From Macrostomum lignano (Eukaryota): a stretch of 64,000 nt of DNA. Location of the stretch: the NCBI GenBank assembly GCA_002269645.1, contig NIVC01000034.1, positions 124,001 through 188,000 of the forward strand, in the 5' to 3' direction. The notes beneath the pieces are model-generated. The model had not been told where the DNA came from and did not search any database. It saw only the letters and a list, made by a program, of their open reading frames with translations. The stretch's first letter is position 1. Each line of letters opens with the position of its first letter. Position numbers and translations under genes: made by a program. Positions 51,101 through 62,489 of the stretch are shown here, piece by piece.

Positions 51101-54100
51101 TGACTTTGATTTACACTCGAGGAAGTTTGCTTTCTGGTGATTTTTCAACTGAATATATTTAGCTAGTATATATAAGGTTAAGTGAACTAGCAAAGTTCAT
51201 CTTGCCCCCAAGGTCTAACAGCCTGTGCGAATAGCGTTCCAATCTAATCAGCTAAAAAGCAATTCTGTTCAGAAAAGGTAGATTTATTGGTTAGGCGGAC
51301 TTGGGATGTCTTCTTTAATCTTTATTTTTCTTTATATATATATATAGAGTAACGCTGGTATTTCGTTCCAAAGTTTGGATTGACATCTTGCTCGCGCCGG
51401 CTTGGGCGGGTGTGTATCATCTGGGGCGTTTTTTTAGTACCATCAAGATAGCCTAACAAAGTGCATCTTTACTGCATTTCTGATGCATATCATTGAATCT
51501 ACCGATTGGATTCTTCTGTTAGATTAGAGGCAGGGGGCTGTGTGCACCCTGGCGCACTTTAAGCGACATAGGCACACAACCGGCGAGAGGCATTACTGCC
51601 CATTCCGCCGACTCCCCTGAGCAGGCATACAAGCGCGCGGATACGTACGCAGGCACACACTCACACAGGAGTGTACAGCGGCCCTAACTTTATATTATCG
51701 TTTGGCATGTACACTTCACTGTGCCTTGGGGGGTTGGCCTTCAAGGAAGGCCGTTAATTTCACGAGCAGAGCCACGCCGAGATTCCAATTTAGCCCCAAA
51801 TTAATGCGACTGCACTTGGAATCGAGCCTGGGCCGCTGGCACATGAGAGCGTCGCTCTGGATCACTGGGCCACGGCCTCCCCTACCGGTTTAATTAATTT
51901 GGTGTATAATTTACGCTGAATAATATGTTCTATCTATTCTACTTGAAGTAGACGCTGTTTGCTTCCCGGATTAGGCCCTTGCGGATTACCTTAAACCTCG
52001 AGCCTCTTCAGTGGGAAGTCCTTTTAGCGCGCAGTAGCGTAGGTAGTGCTGCCACCAGTTCCTTCAGGTCTCAGCCTTCGGTGAGGTGAGCTTCCCGTCG
52101 GAACGAAATAAACAAGTCAACGAACTCAGCACAGCGTGCAGATTTGCAGATTAATGAACAGGGCGTCCTGATCAGCAGATCCCCGCCGGGCTCAGGGGTG
52201 GCTGGGAAGGCAGTGTTAGCCTCCCTTAGGCTTGGGCGTCTAAGTTTTAGTCAGGCCAATTGGTGATAGCTTAAATGGGCAACTGAACGAAGTCCGGAAA
52301 ACTAGACAAGAAGAAGATTCCGAAGACGAATAGTCAGAATCTCAGGCACTCGGCTACAAATACTGATAACTGAAAACTCCTTGACGGAAACAAGGGGGAG
52401 AGGGGTCCTATTTATAGCCGGGAAACACCCGCGCACAAGACCTCGTGACTTGTTCTATTTTTAGAACTGACGTCACTTGAGAGTCTCGTGCAGGGTACTA
52501 GCGCGCGGAAGACCTCGTGACTTGTTCTATTTTTAGAACTGACGTCACTTGAGGGTCCCCTGGCAGAGTGCACATGGCTGTGACTCAGTTGCTATTTTTA
52601 GCAACATGAGTCACTCCTCTCCTTAGAGAAGGGAGGGGACCGAAAGCATGTGACTTACCCGGTAAACAGGGACAGCGAGTGCAGTAAACATGTTTACTGC
52701 ACTTTAAGACTCCAAGAACGCAAGATCTGCCATGTGACTTGCTCACATAACAGAGGAAACCAAGACTGACGAAACAGCGACAGCCCACAGCAGAGCAGCT
52801 GAGGGCTGAGAAACGAAGGGGCAAAACGGGCAAAACGAGGGAAGGGAGCAGCAACAGACAGACAAAAGGAGGGAGGCGGGAAGCTGACCAGCGGCAGACA
52901 GCAACCCAGGGCGAGGGCGAGGGCAAGGGCAACTGCTGACAAAGTGCGACGCCTAACACCAACTAGCGGATCACTACATACTGTTTAATCCTTTCAGTAG
53001 TAGTATATAAAACATTTGTTTCAATTTTTCACAAATAATTCATTCCAGACGTGCCCAAACAGTTGGTCTATCCAGCTATGAGCGGAGTGAAGCTGTTTGC
53101 TCCTTCGGCTGCTCTGTCCCTGACCGGCGGGGACAAAGGTCAGTGCGTGCAAAACTCAGCAGTTGTAAAGATCAGCGTACAGTCGTCGGCTTGGGATCAG
53201 GTGTGCGAACGGAGCGTTCGTAACCTGTACGAGCAGAGGAGCGTTTGCCGTAAGTGATTTTCATGCAAAGACTTATCTAGAAAGGGGGTGGCACTCCACT
53301 GAAGTTTCAACTATCTGGGGTGGCACTCCACTGAAGTTTCAACTATCTGGGGTGGCACTCCACTGAAGTTTCAACTATCTGGGGTGGCACTCCACTGAAG
53401 TTTTAACTATCTGTGGTGGCACTCCACTGAAGTTTTAACTATCTGGGGTGGCACTCCACTGAAGTTTCAACTATCTGGGGTGGCACTCCACTGAAGTTTC
53501 AACTATCTGGGGTGGCACTCCACTGAAGTTTCAACTATCTGGGGTGGCACTCCACTGAAGTTTCAACTATCTGGGGTGGCACTCCACTGAAGTTTCAACT
53601 ATCTGGGGTGGCACTCCACTGAAGTTTCAACTATTTGGGGTGGCACTCCACTAAAGATTTAACTATCTGAGGTGGCACTCCACTGAAGATTCAACTATCT
53701 GAGGTGGCACTCCACTGAAGTTTTAACTATCTGGGGTGGCACTCCACTGAAGATTCAACTATCTGAGGTGGCACTCCACTGAAGATTCAACTATCTGAGG
53801 TGGCATTCCACTGAAGATTCAACTATCTGAGGTGGCACTCCACTGAAGTTTTAACTATCTGGGGTGGCACTCCACTGAAGATTCAACTATCTGAGGTGGC
53901 ACTCCACTGAAGATTCAACTATCTGAGGTGGCATTCCACTGAAGATTCAACTATCTGAGGTGGCACTCCACTGAAGTTTTAACTATCTGGGGTGGCACTC
54001 CACTGAAGATTCAACTATCTGAGGTGGCACTCCACTGAAGATTCAACTATCTGAGGTGGCATTCCACTGAAGATTCAACTATCTGAGGTGGCACTCCACT

Positions 54101-57100
54101 GAAGATTTAACTATCTGGGGTGGCACTCCACTGAAGTTTTAACTATCTGAGATGGCACTCTATGGAATATTATGCTAGCACTTTATCACACTTTCCAACG
54201 TGCTTTATTCCCTACAGAGGTGAACCCAGCCTCCGTGGACCTGCTCAATCCGCACTACTCACCGGCTAAGCTATCAAGCACTGACTCGGGCAAAGCTGAA
54301 GCAGAAATAACTCTGCCAGATTGCAAATGCTGCAAAGCTGCTGACATTGCTGCGGCTCAGCTAAAGAAGAAGCTACTAAAAGATCAGAAGAAAGCAGAGA
54401 AGAAGAAGCCATTGCAACCGAAAGAGCATCATAGTTTCGATGGCATTCAGTACTTCATGGACGTACCGTCTGATGTAGTGCCCAAATCGCATATGCTAGG
54501 CCAACAGTTCACTTTGCACTTTTGGCTGCGTCACGGTCCAATGTCCAGAGACGGCGCCAAGGAGCAAATCCTGTGCAGCGCAGATGAGCGCGGTCATAAT
54601 CGGCATCATTATTCTGTGTTCCTGCACAACTGCAAGCTGATCCTACTGCTCAGACAGGAGTATAATCCTCATTCTGATGATCGGGGTTTGAAAGCTGCCG
54701 AATGGCGTTTCCGGCTGAGTGAAGTGTGCGATTCGGAATGGCATCACTATGCTGTCAGCTTTAGCGGCGGCCGGGTCAAGCTGGACATTGATGGCAATAT
54801 CTTTGCTGCCACGGCTGATAATCCGCAGGTGCGAAATGGATTAGAGTGCTTTGCAGGGTTAATGGAAAAGATGGATACTCGTAGATCAGCAAATTTTGAG
54901 GTTGATATAGTGGCATATTGTGAGGTAAATAGAATGGCAGACTGCTGGCAGATAGCGTGGCAGATTGTGTGGTAGATAGAGTGGTAAATTGTGAGGTAGA
55001 TAGATAGAATGGCAGATTGTGTGGTAGATAGAGTGGTAGACTGTGAGGTAGATAGATAGAGTGGCAGATTGTGTGGTAGACAGAGTGGTAGACTGTGAGG
55101 TAGATAGATAGAATGGCAGATTGTGTGGTAGATAGAGTGGTAGACTGTGAGGTAGATAGATAGAGTGGCAGATTGTGTGGTAGATAGAGTGGTAGACTGT
55201 GAGGTAGATAGATAGAGTGGCAGATTGTGTGGTAAATAGATAGAGTGGCAGATTGTGTGGTAGATAGAGTGGTAGACTGTGAGGTAGATAGATAGAGTGG
55301 CAGATTGTGTGGTAGACTGTGAGGTAGATAGAGTGGTAGACTGTGAGGTAGATAGATAGAATGGTAGAGTGTGTGGTAAATAGATAGAGTGGTAGACTGT
55401 GAGGTAGATAGATAGAATGGCAGATTGTGTGGTAGACTGTGAGGTAGATAGATAGAGTGGCAGATTGTGAGGCAGAAAAACAATCTCCAGTACCTGTCTC
55501 CCCCCAACCCCCCGCCGCCGCAGATCCTTGACGACTACCCGATGCATCGGTCGCCGTACACGGCCACCCGCCTGACCATCGGCGCCTGTTGGCACAGCAG
55601 AGACGGTGTGTATCACCAGTTCTTCAAAGGCTCCCTGGCCGGACTGGTCCTGCTAAGAAACAATTTAGAGTCGGACACGGTCATCCACTGTTTGAATCAT
55701 TGTCACGAGAAGCTGGATTTCAGCACTAAGACTCAACTGGAGCCGGGCATGAGCGTGTCGCTGAATGCCGACTACACCATGATTGAGATCAAGGGTCGGA
55801 ATGCTACTGAGCTGGCCAACCTGTTTCGCAGCATCGGCTATATTAATGTGCGCCGGCGTCAGGACGAACTTAGTAGCGCTGTTAAGAGAAGCATTCGATT
55901 GGACACGGTGGTGACGTGAGTGGCTTTTTTCTATGCTATGAGTTAATAATAATAATTGATTACACCTGCTCCAATTAGGCCAGATGTGCAACTGACAGCT
56001 CAGCCGCAGCTATTGAAGGCTGCGTACTGAAGGCTGCGTACGGCTGTTCAGTCCAAGGACTGGGGGGGGGGGTCGCCACACACCCTCAATTACCCCAGCT
56101 AATGCTGGCACCCATTTTACAGCTGGGTGAACTGAAGCAATGCAGAGTTGAGTGTCTTGCTCAAGGGCACAAATTGTTCGATTGGTTTGGGAATCGAACC
56201 CCCGACCTTCCAGTTGTGAGTTCGACGCTCCAACCACTGGGCTGCAACCCACTAGCGCTAATATAGGACCCGAAGGACTCTAGAAGGGGTACAGTCCCAC
56301 ACTGAAGGACCCAAAGGACCCTAGAAGGGGTACAGTCCCATGGGGAAGGACCCAAAGGACCCAGAAGGGGTACAGTCCCACACTAAAAGACCCAAAAGTC
56401 CCTAATAGGGATACAGTCTCACACTGAGGGACCCAAAAGACCCTAAAAGGGATACAGTCCCACACTGAGAGACCCAAAAGACCCTAAAAGGGATACAGTC
56501 CCACACTGAAGGACCCAAAGGACCCTAGAAGGGGTGCAGTCCCACACTGAAGGACCCAAAGGACCCTAGAAGGGGTACAGTCTCATGGTGAAGGACCCAA
56601 AGGACCCTAGAAGGGGTACAGTCCCACACTGAAGGACCCAAAGGACCCTAGAAGGGGTGCAGTCCCACACTGAAGGACCCAAAGGACCCTAGAAGGGGTA
56701 CAGTCTCATGGTGAAGGACCCAAAGGACCCTAGAAGGGGTACAGTCCCACACTGAAGGACCCAAAGGACCCTAGAAGGGGTGCAGTCCCACACTGAAGGA
56801 CCCAAAGGACCCTAGAAGGGGTACAGTCCCATGGGGAAGGACCCAAAGGACCCTAGAAGGGGTACAGTCTCATGGTGAAGGACCCAAAGGACCCTAGAAG
56901 GGGTGCAGTCCCACACTGAAGGACCCAAAGGACCCTAGAAGGGGTACAGTCCCATGGGGAAGGACCCAAAGGTCCCAGAAGGGGTACAGTCTCATGGTGA
57001 AGGACCCAAAGGACCCTAGAAGGGGTACAGTCCCACACTGAAGGACCCAAAGGAACCTAGAAGGGGTACAGTCCCATGGTGAAGAACCCAGAAGGGGTAC

Positions 57101-60100
57101 AGTCCCACACTAAAAGACCCAAAACACCCTAATAGGGATAGCTCGTACAGTCCCACACTGAAGGACCCAAATGACCTTAAAAGGGATACAGTCCCTCGCT
57201 GAAGGACCCAAATGACCCTAAAAGGGATACAGTCCCACACTGAAGGACCCAAATGACCCTAAAAGGGATGCAGTCCCACACTGAGGGACCCTTTAAGGAC
57301 TCGAAGGACCTCAGAAGGGGTACAGTTCTAAAGCTACACTGAAAGATCCTAAGAACCTGAACAAATCAATTAAAATAGTGCTCATCTTCATCTTCATCTC
57401 CAGCTGCTCCAATCCGAAGACCACAGTAACCGTTGACCCAGTGACCATCAATGTCGAAGTCTCCGACCCGACACCGCCGCCGCCACCTCCGTCGGCTCAG
57501 ACGTCCCTGGCCTCTGTTCTCCTGTCGGACCGTCTGTGCATCTCCGGCCCGAACCTCCTTCGCTACAAGCCCGAAGAACTGTCCTCAATCCGTGGCGGAG
57601 TCAGCTTTCTGCAAGGCCTAGAGATTTCTCTGTCCTCTTCGGTTGCTAAGCAACTGGACGCTTGCGTGCTGAAGACTAGTCCAGATTTCACCGCAGTTGA
57701 ATCTCTGATTTGGCCAGTTGGTAAAGCTACTGATTCTGGTATTGAAGGCCGAGTTAATCAACGGCAACTGCTGCTTGAAGGCTACGCTAGCGCTCGGGTC
57801 TACCAGAGCCTTCTGTCTCGCGTGATTTATTCTAATAATAATCCCATTATTAGATATCGAAATTTCTACCTAACGTGCAGCGTTCGCGGCGGAGATGTTG
57901 TTAGCAACGATTTCACGGTTAAGGTGAGTCTAGTCTAATTTTATTTTCTGTCTATCTGATCCGCATTTGGGGAAGCCTGTCTCTTTAATCCCCATTTGGG
58001 ACAATCTGTCTCTTTAATCCATCCCCATTTGGGAGAACGTGTCTCTTTAATCCCCATTTGGGACAATCTGTCTCTTTAATCCATCCCCATTTGGGAGAAC
58101 GTGTCTCTTTAATCCCCATTTGGGACAATCTGTCTCTTTAATCCATCCCCATTTGGGAGAATCTGTTTCTTTAATCCCCATTTGGGAGAATCTGTTTCTT
58201 TAATGCCCATTTGGGAGAATCTGTCTCTTTAATGCCCATTTGGGAGAATCTGTCTCTTTAATCCCCATTTGGGAGAATCTGTCTCTTTAATGCCCATTTG
58301 GGAGAATCTGTTTCTTTAATGCCCATTTGGGAGAATCTGTCTCTTCAATCCTCATTTGGGAGAACCTGTTTCTTTAATCCACATATCTAACTCCCATCTA
58401 AAAGAAACGCCCCTAAATTCCCATTTAGTTGAGTATTTTTCTTCATCCTTACTCGACATACCCAATTTCATGTCAAGTTTTTTTTACTTTTTGCAAGTGC
58501 TCAACATAGAATCAATATGATTTGCACAGGAAACTTCATGCTTTGAGAGTAATTAGTTCACTATGCAAGTATACAGGCATTTATATATACTCGAATAAGT
58601 GGTGAATAGTTACTCGGAGTAATATCGGCAAAAACGAGTTTGGCACTGTAATAGTTGCTATGCGGGATTAGTTGTTGGACATTGCGCGCGTGTGTGTGTA
58701 TTCTCTGGTCTGGACTGGTCTGGTGGGGGGTATTCTGACTGGCAGAAAAAGGATAGGGGTGAAGAGAGAAAGATGTAGAGACGGATATGCTGGGAAGTCA
58801 TGAGAGGGAAAAATCGATTTTAGTATCCATGGTGGCTGTGACTGCATGCTCGAATCCGGTTGTGTGTACTTTTAAATTGTGTAGACTGCCGGTTGAGGAA
58901 GCCTTAGATGTGTAGTGTTGGGTGGGTAAATGTGCGATTCAGAATGTGTAAATATGGAATGTAAAATGGGAGATGAAGGAGTCAGCAAGGGTAGATAGCG
59001 GAGGCAGGAAGGGTAGATAGCGGAGGCAGGAAGGGTAGATAGAGGAGGCAGAAAGGGTAGATAGAGGAGTCAGAAAGAGTAGATAGAGGAGGCAGAAAGG
59101 GTAGATAGAGGAGGCAGAAAGGGTAGATAGAGGAGGCAGAAAAGGTAGATAGAGGAGACAGAAAGGGTAGATAGAGGAGTCAGAAAGGGTAGATAGAGGA
59201 GGCAGGAAGGGCAGATAGAGGAGTCAGAAAGGGTAGATAGAGGAGGCAGAAAGGGTAGATAGAGGAGTCAGAAAGAGTAGATAGAGGAGGCAGAAAGGGT
59301 AGATAGAGGAGGCAGAAAGGGTAGATAGAGGAGGCAGAAAGGGTAGATAGAGGAGACAGAAAGGGTAGATAGAGGAGTCAGAAAGGGTAGATAGAGGAGG
59401 CAGGAAGGGTAGATAGACGAGTCAGGAAGGGTAGATAGAGGAGTCAGAAAGGGTAGATAGAGGAGGCAGAAAGGGTAGATAGAGGAGGCAGAAAGGGTAG
59501 ATAGAGGAGGCAGAAAGGGTAGATAGAGGAGGCAGAAAGGGTAGATAGAGGAGTCAGAAAGGGTAGATAGAGGAGGCAGAAAGGGTAGATAGAGGAGTCA
59601 GAAAGGGTAGATAGAGGAGGCAGAAAGGGTAGATAGAGGAGGCAGAAAGGGTAGATAGAGGAGGCAGAAAGGGTAGATAGAGGAGTCAGGGTAGATCGAG
59701 TATGTAGAAATGGTAAATAGAGTAGGTAGGAAGGGTAGATAGAGAAGGCAGAAAGGGTAGATAAAGTAGGTCGGAAGGGTAGATAGAGGAGGCAGAAAGG
59801 GTAGATAGGGAGGTAGAAATGGTAAATAAAGTAGGTAGGAAGGGTAGATATAGGAGGCAGGAAGGATAGATAAAGGGTCAGAAAGATTGCATACAGAGAA
59901 TTCAAAAAACGTACTTTTGCAGTCGCAGACAGTAAAAGGCCCAAGAAGATTTCTGCGCAAAAAAGTCAAGGTCGAAGTCAATTTGAACCAACGGGTTGAA
60001 ATTCGATTTTTCCCCAAAATCCTCGCACTGATTGAGGACTTCAATCTAATTCAACTTTTCCTTAATTGGCTTCTTCGAAGATGACTGTGGCTTCCCTCTA

Positions 60101-62437
60101 TTCCCCTCTGATCCCATTCCAACCTCAGTTTTACTTAGGCTAAGCTATCGTTCTATCTAAAAAAAATCAATTTCAACTATTTTTCTAACCCTACCGCCCT
60201 AAACTTTTTTGTCAAAGCAAGGAGATCTTTTAAGACTAGAATCTGGTTTAGAAGTCGTTGGCGCCCCTCTCGGTTAGGTTGGCGCCCCTGTCTGTTATAT
60301 GTAGTTTGGCGCCCCTGTCTGTTAAATGTAGTTTAGCGCCCCTGTCTGTTAGGCTGGCGCCCCTGTCTGTTAGGTTGGCGCCCCTGTCTGTTAGGCTGGC
60401 GCCCCTGTCTGTTAGGTTGGCGCCCCTGTCTGTTAGGCTGGCGCCCCTGTCTGTTAGGTTGGCGCCCCTGTCTGTTAGGTTGGCGCCCCTGTCTGTTAGG
60501 TTGGCGCCCGTCTGTTAGGTTGGCGCCCCTGTCTGTTATATATAGTTATATATAGGTTGGCGCCTCTGTCTGTTATATATAGGTTGGCGCCCCTGCCTGT
60601 TAGTTTGGCGCCCCTGTCTGTTAGGTTGGCGCCCCTGTCTGTTAGGTTGGTGCCCCTGTCTGTTAGGTTGGCGCCCCTGTCTGTTAGGTTGGCGCCCTGT
60701 CTGTTATATATAGTTATATATAGGTTGGCGCCTCTGTCTGTTATATATAGGTTGGCGCCCCTGTCTGTTAGGTTGGCGCCCCTGTCTGTTAGGTTGGCGC
60801 CCTGTCTGTTAGGTTGGCGCCCTGTCTGTTAGGTTGGCGCCCCTGTCTGTTAGGTTGGCGCCCTGTCTGTTATATATAGGTTGGCGCCCCTGTCTGTTAG
60901 GTTGGCGCCCCTGTCTGTTAGGTTGGCGCCCTGTCTGTTAGGTTGGCGCCCTGTCTGTTAGGTTGGCGCCCCTGTCTGTTAGGTTGGCGCCCTGTCTGTT
61001 ATATATAGGTTGGCGCCCCTGTCTGTTAGGTTGGCGCCCCTGCCTGTTATATATAGGTTGGCGCCTCTGTCTGTTAGGTTGGTGCCCTGTCTGTTAGGTT
61101 GGCGCCCCTGCCTGTTATATATAGGTTGGCGCCCCTGCCTGTTATATATAGGTTGGCGCCCCTGCCTGTTATATATAGGTTGGCGCCTCTGTCTGTTAGG
61201 TTGGTGCCCTGTCTGTTAGGTTGGCGCCCCTGCCTGTTATATATAGGTTGGCGCCCCTGCCTGTTATATATAGGTTGGCGCCCCTGCCTGTTATATATAG
61301 GTTGGCGCCTCTGTCTGTTAGGTTGGTGCCCTGTCTGTTAGGTTGGCGCCCCTGCCTGTTATATATAGGTTGGCGCCCCTGCCTGTTATATATAGGTTGG
61401 CGCCCCTGCCTGTTATATATAGGTTGGCGCCCCTGTCTGTTAGGCTGGCGCTCCTGTCTCATAGCCTAGCGCCCCTGTCTCTTAAGGCTTGTGCCCCTTC
61501 CCCTTCCTTCGGTAGAGGCCTTGGCATCAAGCCTATCCACATGTACGACTTTTAACTTTTTCGGTGCTCTCCTCTTCTCTCCCCCACCTCATTCTCTCTC
61601 CCTTCTGTGTATAATTTTCGCTGGTCTATAGGGGATTTTAGTGAGGAACTGGACAGGGAAGGCAGAGAGAAGATGAGGGATCGAGGCTGAACGTGTGTGT
61701 GTGTGTGTGTGTGCCTGCAAGTACAACGCGCGTTTCCTAAACCCCTAACTGCGTGTACACGTTGCGGTAAGTATTGATGGATATAGAAGCGTACTAAATC
61801 TGGTATGAGGATTCAGAAGATTAGTCATTGGCTCCTAGCCTTCGAGTTATAGTGCGGTTTCAACCATATATATATATATATAAATATACCCACGTGTATA
61901 TGCCTGCCGAAACTTCAGCTCTCTGTGCTGCACCCGGCTGCAACTGGTGGCGAAGCCAAACACACTGTGAAGAAACAGCTACCCGATCCGACACCCGTTG
62001 CTATGCCGTTGCCATCCGGTCTAAAATCGGACGAAGCGGATGTTCTATCATCGTCAGGACTGAGCAGTGACAGTGGTCTCAATAACGAGAATGATGTTGG
62101 TCGGCATCACTTGGCGGAGAGTCACGCCGTCAAAGCTGACAAGACTCTGCTGTTGCATCATCAGCAATCGCGTCAAGAAGATCTGCTGGACAATGGCTCG
62201 GTTTCGACACCTGTAGCTCCGATTCTGATTGGCCTGGCAACTGCCGGACTTGTCATTCTAGCCCTGGGGCTCATGTACCTGCGATACAGGCGCTCTGCTC
62301 AGTCTGTCGGGTTATCTGGCGGTCGGGGTGGCGGCGGCAGCAATGGGAAAACTCTACCAGTGGATGCCGAGTCTCAAGCCGAAATGGAATGGGATAATTC
62401 TGCCTTGAATATCACCGTTAATCCGCTGGATAATGAG
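42129..62437 (+). CDS. CLSTN: Calsyntenin (cadherin-like type I membrane protein), partial at both ends: join(42129..42464,42887..43234,45798..46007,53049..53249,54218..54828,55524..55915,57404..57923,61919..62437)
   Basis: All junctions GT-AG and in phase (3137 nt). Signal peptide end, two cadherin repeats (DPPIRA...ICGFKL; AFDC; VTASDC), LamG domain (FTLHFWLRHG, KEQILC.AD....NRHHYS.F.HNCKL.LL.RQE, AEWRF.L.EVCD.EWHHYAV), ILDDYPMH, TM helix, and cytoplasmic EMEWDNSALNITVNPL motif. ATG exon not located; last exon beyond window. Confidence 0.95.
42536..42740 (+). mobile_element. SINE family A, 3'-truncated copy, calsyntenin intron
   Basis: B-box GGTTCGATTCC and CORE-like segment; homologous to other family A copies. 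Confidence 0.8.
43305..44335. repeat. 20-bp minisatellite (GTCAGTGTCTCTAGATGRGA) with a 40/41-bp higher-order dimer block
   Basis: Periodicity 20; alternating two-unit block about 43940-44280. Confidence 0.9.
44806..45775. repeat. 41-bp minisatellite (ATGCCATACCCTCTCCTGAGTGCTCAATCCTTGATGAGCAG), about 23 units
   Basis: Direct tandem periodicity; ends about 22 nt before a splice acceptor. Confidence 0.95.
46395..46780. repeat. 24-bp minisatellite (GAGAGGGTTCCAGGGTGTTTATTC), about 16 units
   Basis: Direct tandem periodicity. Confidence 0.95.
47390..47710. repeat. Pyrimidine-rich degenerate repeat (CTCAATCTCACCCT)n
   Basis: Visible low-complexity periodicity. Confidence 0.8.
48230..49115. repeat. 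46-bp minisatellite (AAACTTCACCTATTCAGTGTGACAAATCAGTGACTTTTTAACCTTC), about 19 units
   Basis: Period 46 measured (48841 to 48887). Confidence 0.95.
50240..50520 (+). mobile_element. tRNA-derived SINE family B, 5'-truncated copy
   Basis: B-box-like GGCTCGATTCCC; reverse-complement match to 51533-51850. Confidence 0.7.
51533..51875 (-). mobile_element. tRNA-derived SINE family B, copy with head
   Basis: Minus strand TGGCCCAGTGATCCAGAGCG (A-box-like) and GGCTCGATTCC (B-box-like). Confidence 0.7.
52408..52613 (-). promoter_or_regulatory. LTR-U3-like enhancer/promoter: cluster of MEF2, CRE and AP-1 consensus sites with a TATA box facing antisense to calsyntenin
   Basis: CTATTTTTAG at 52455, 52527, 52592; CTATTTATAG at 52408 (TATAAATA on minus); TGACGTCA at 52468, 52540; TGACTCA 52581, TGAGTCA 52607; about 45-bp direct repeat duplicates the MEF2+CRE module. 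Confidence 0.5.
53285..54160. repeat. 32-bp minisatellite (GGGGTGGCACTCCACTGAAGTTTCAACTATCT), about 27 units, about 90% of its intron
   Basis: Period 32 measured. Confidence 0.95.
54915..55470. repeat. Modular purine-rich minisatellite (GTAGATAGATAGAGTGGCAGATTGTGTG / GTAGATAGAGTGGTAGACTGTGAG)
   Basis: Visible recurring modules. Confidence 0.9.
55944..56250 (-). mobile_element. SINE family A, near full-length copy
   Basis: Minus strand: A-box-like GCAGCCCAGTGGTTGG, B-box GGTTCGATTCC, CORE-like segment, (ATT)n tail. Confidence 0.85.
56265..57355. repeat. 41-bp minisatellite (GGACCCAAAGGACCCTAGAAGGGGTACAGTCCCACACTGAA), about 26 units
   Basis: Direct tandem periodicity with variant units. Confidence 0.95.
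57960..58380. repeat. 29-bp minisatellite (CCCCATTTGGGAGAATCTGTCTCTTTAAT), about 14 units
   Basis: Direct tandem periodicity. Confidence 0.9.
58980..59880. repeat. 22-bp purine-rich minisatellite (GCAGAAAGGGTAGATAGAGGAG), about 40 units
   Basis: Direct tandem periodicity. Confidence 0.95.
60257..61480. repeat. 21-bp minisatellite (GTTGGCGCCCCTGTCTGTTAG) with 20-bp and 28-bp (+ATATATA) variants
   Basis: Direct tandem periodicity. Confidence 0.95.
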
Positions 62438-62489
62438 GTGAGGGACCGTTTCGGTTTTCATGAGGGATTTTAGTGAAGACAGGTGACGC

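Noticed and set aside
51944-52587. Defined solo LTR with TG...CA ends
   Set aside because: No TSD, PBS or PPT found; only the motif cluster is reported.
43305-61480. CRISPR-like appearance of 29-46-bp repeats
   Set aside because: Units are contiguous with no unique spacers, there are no cas genes, and the context is eukaryotic introns.
60257-61480. TGGCGCCC as tRNA-Lys primer-binding site or CACTA subterminal motif
   Set aside because: Eight-base coincidence; no LTR context and the rest of the unit does not match.
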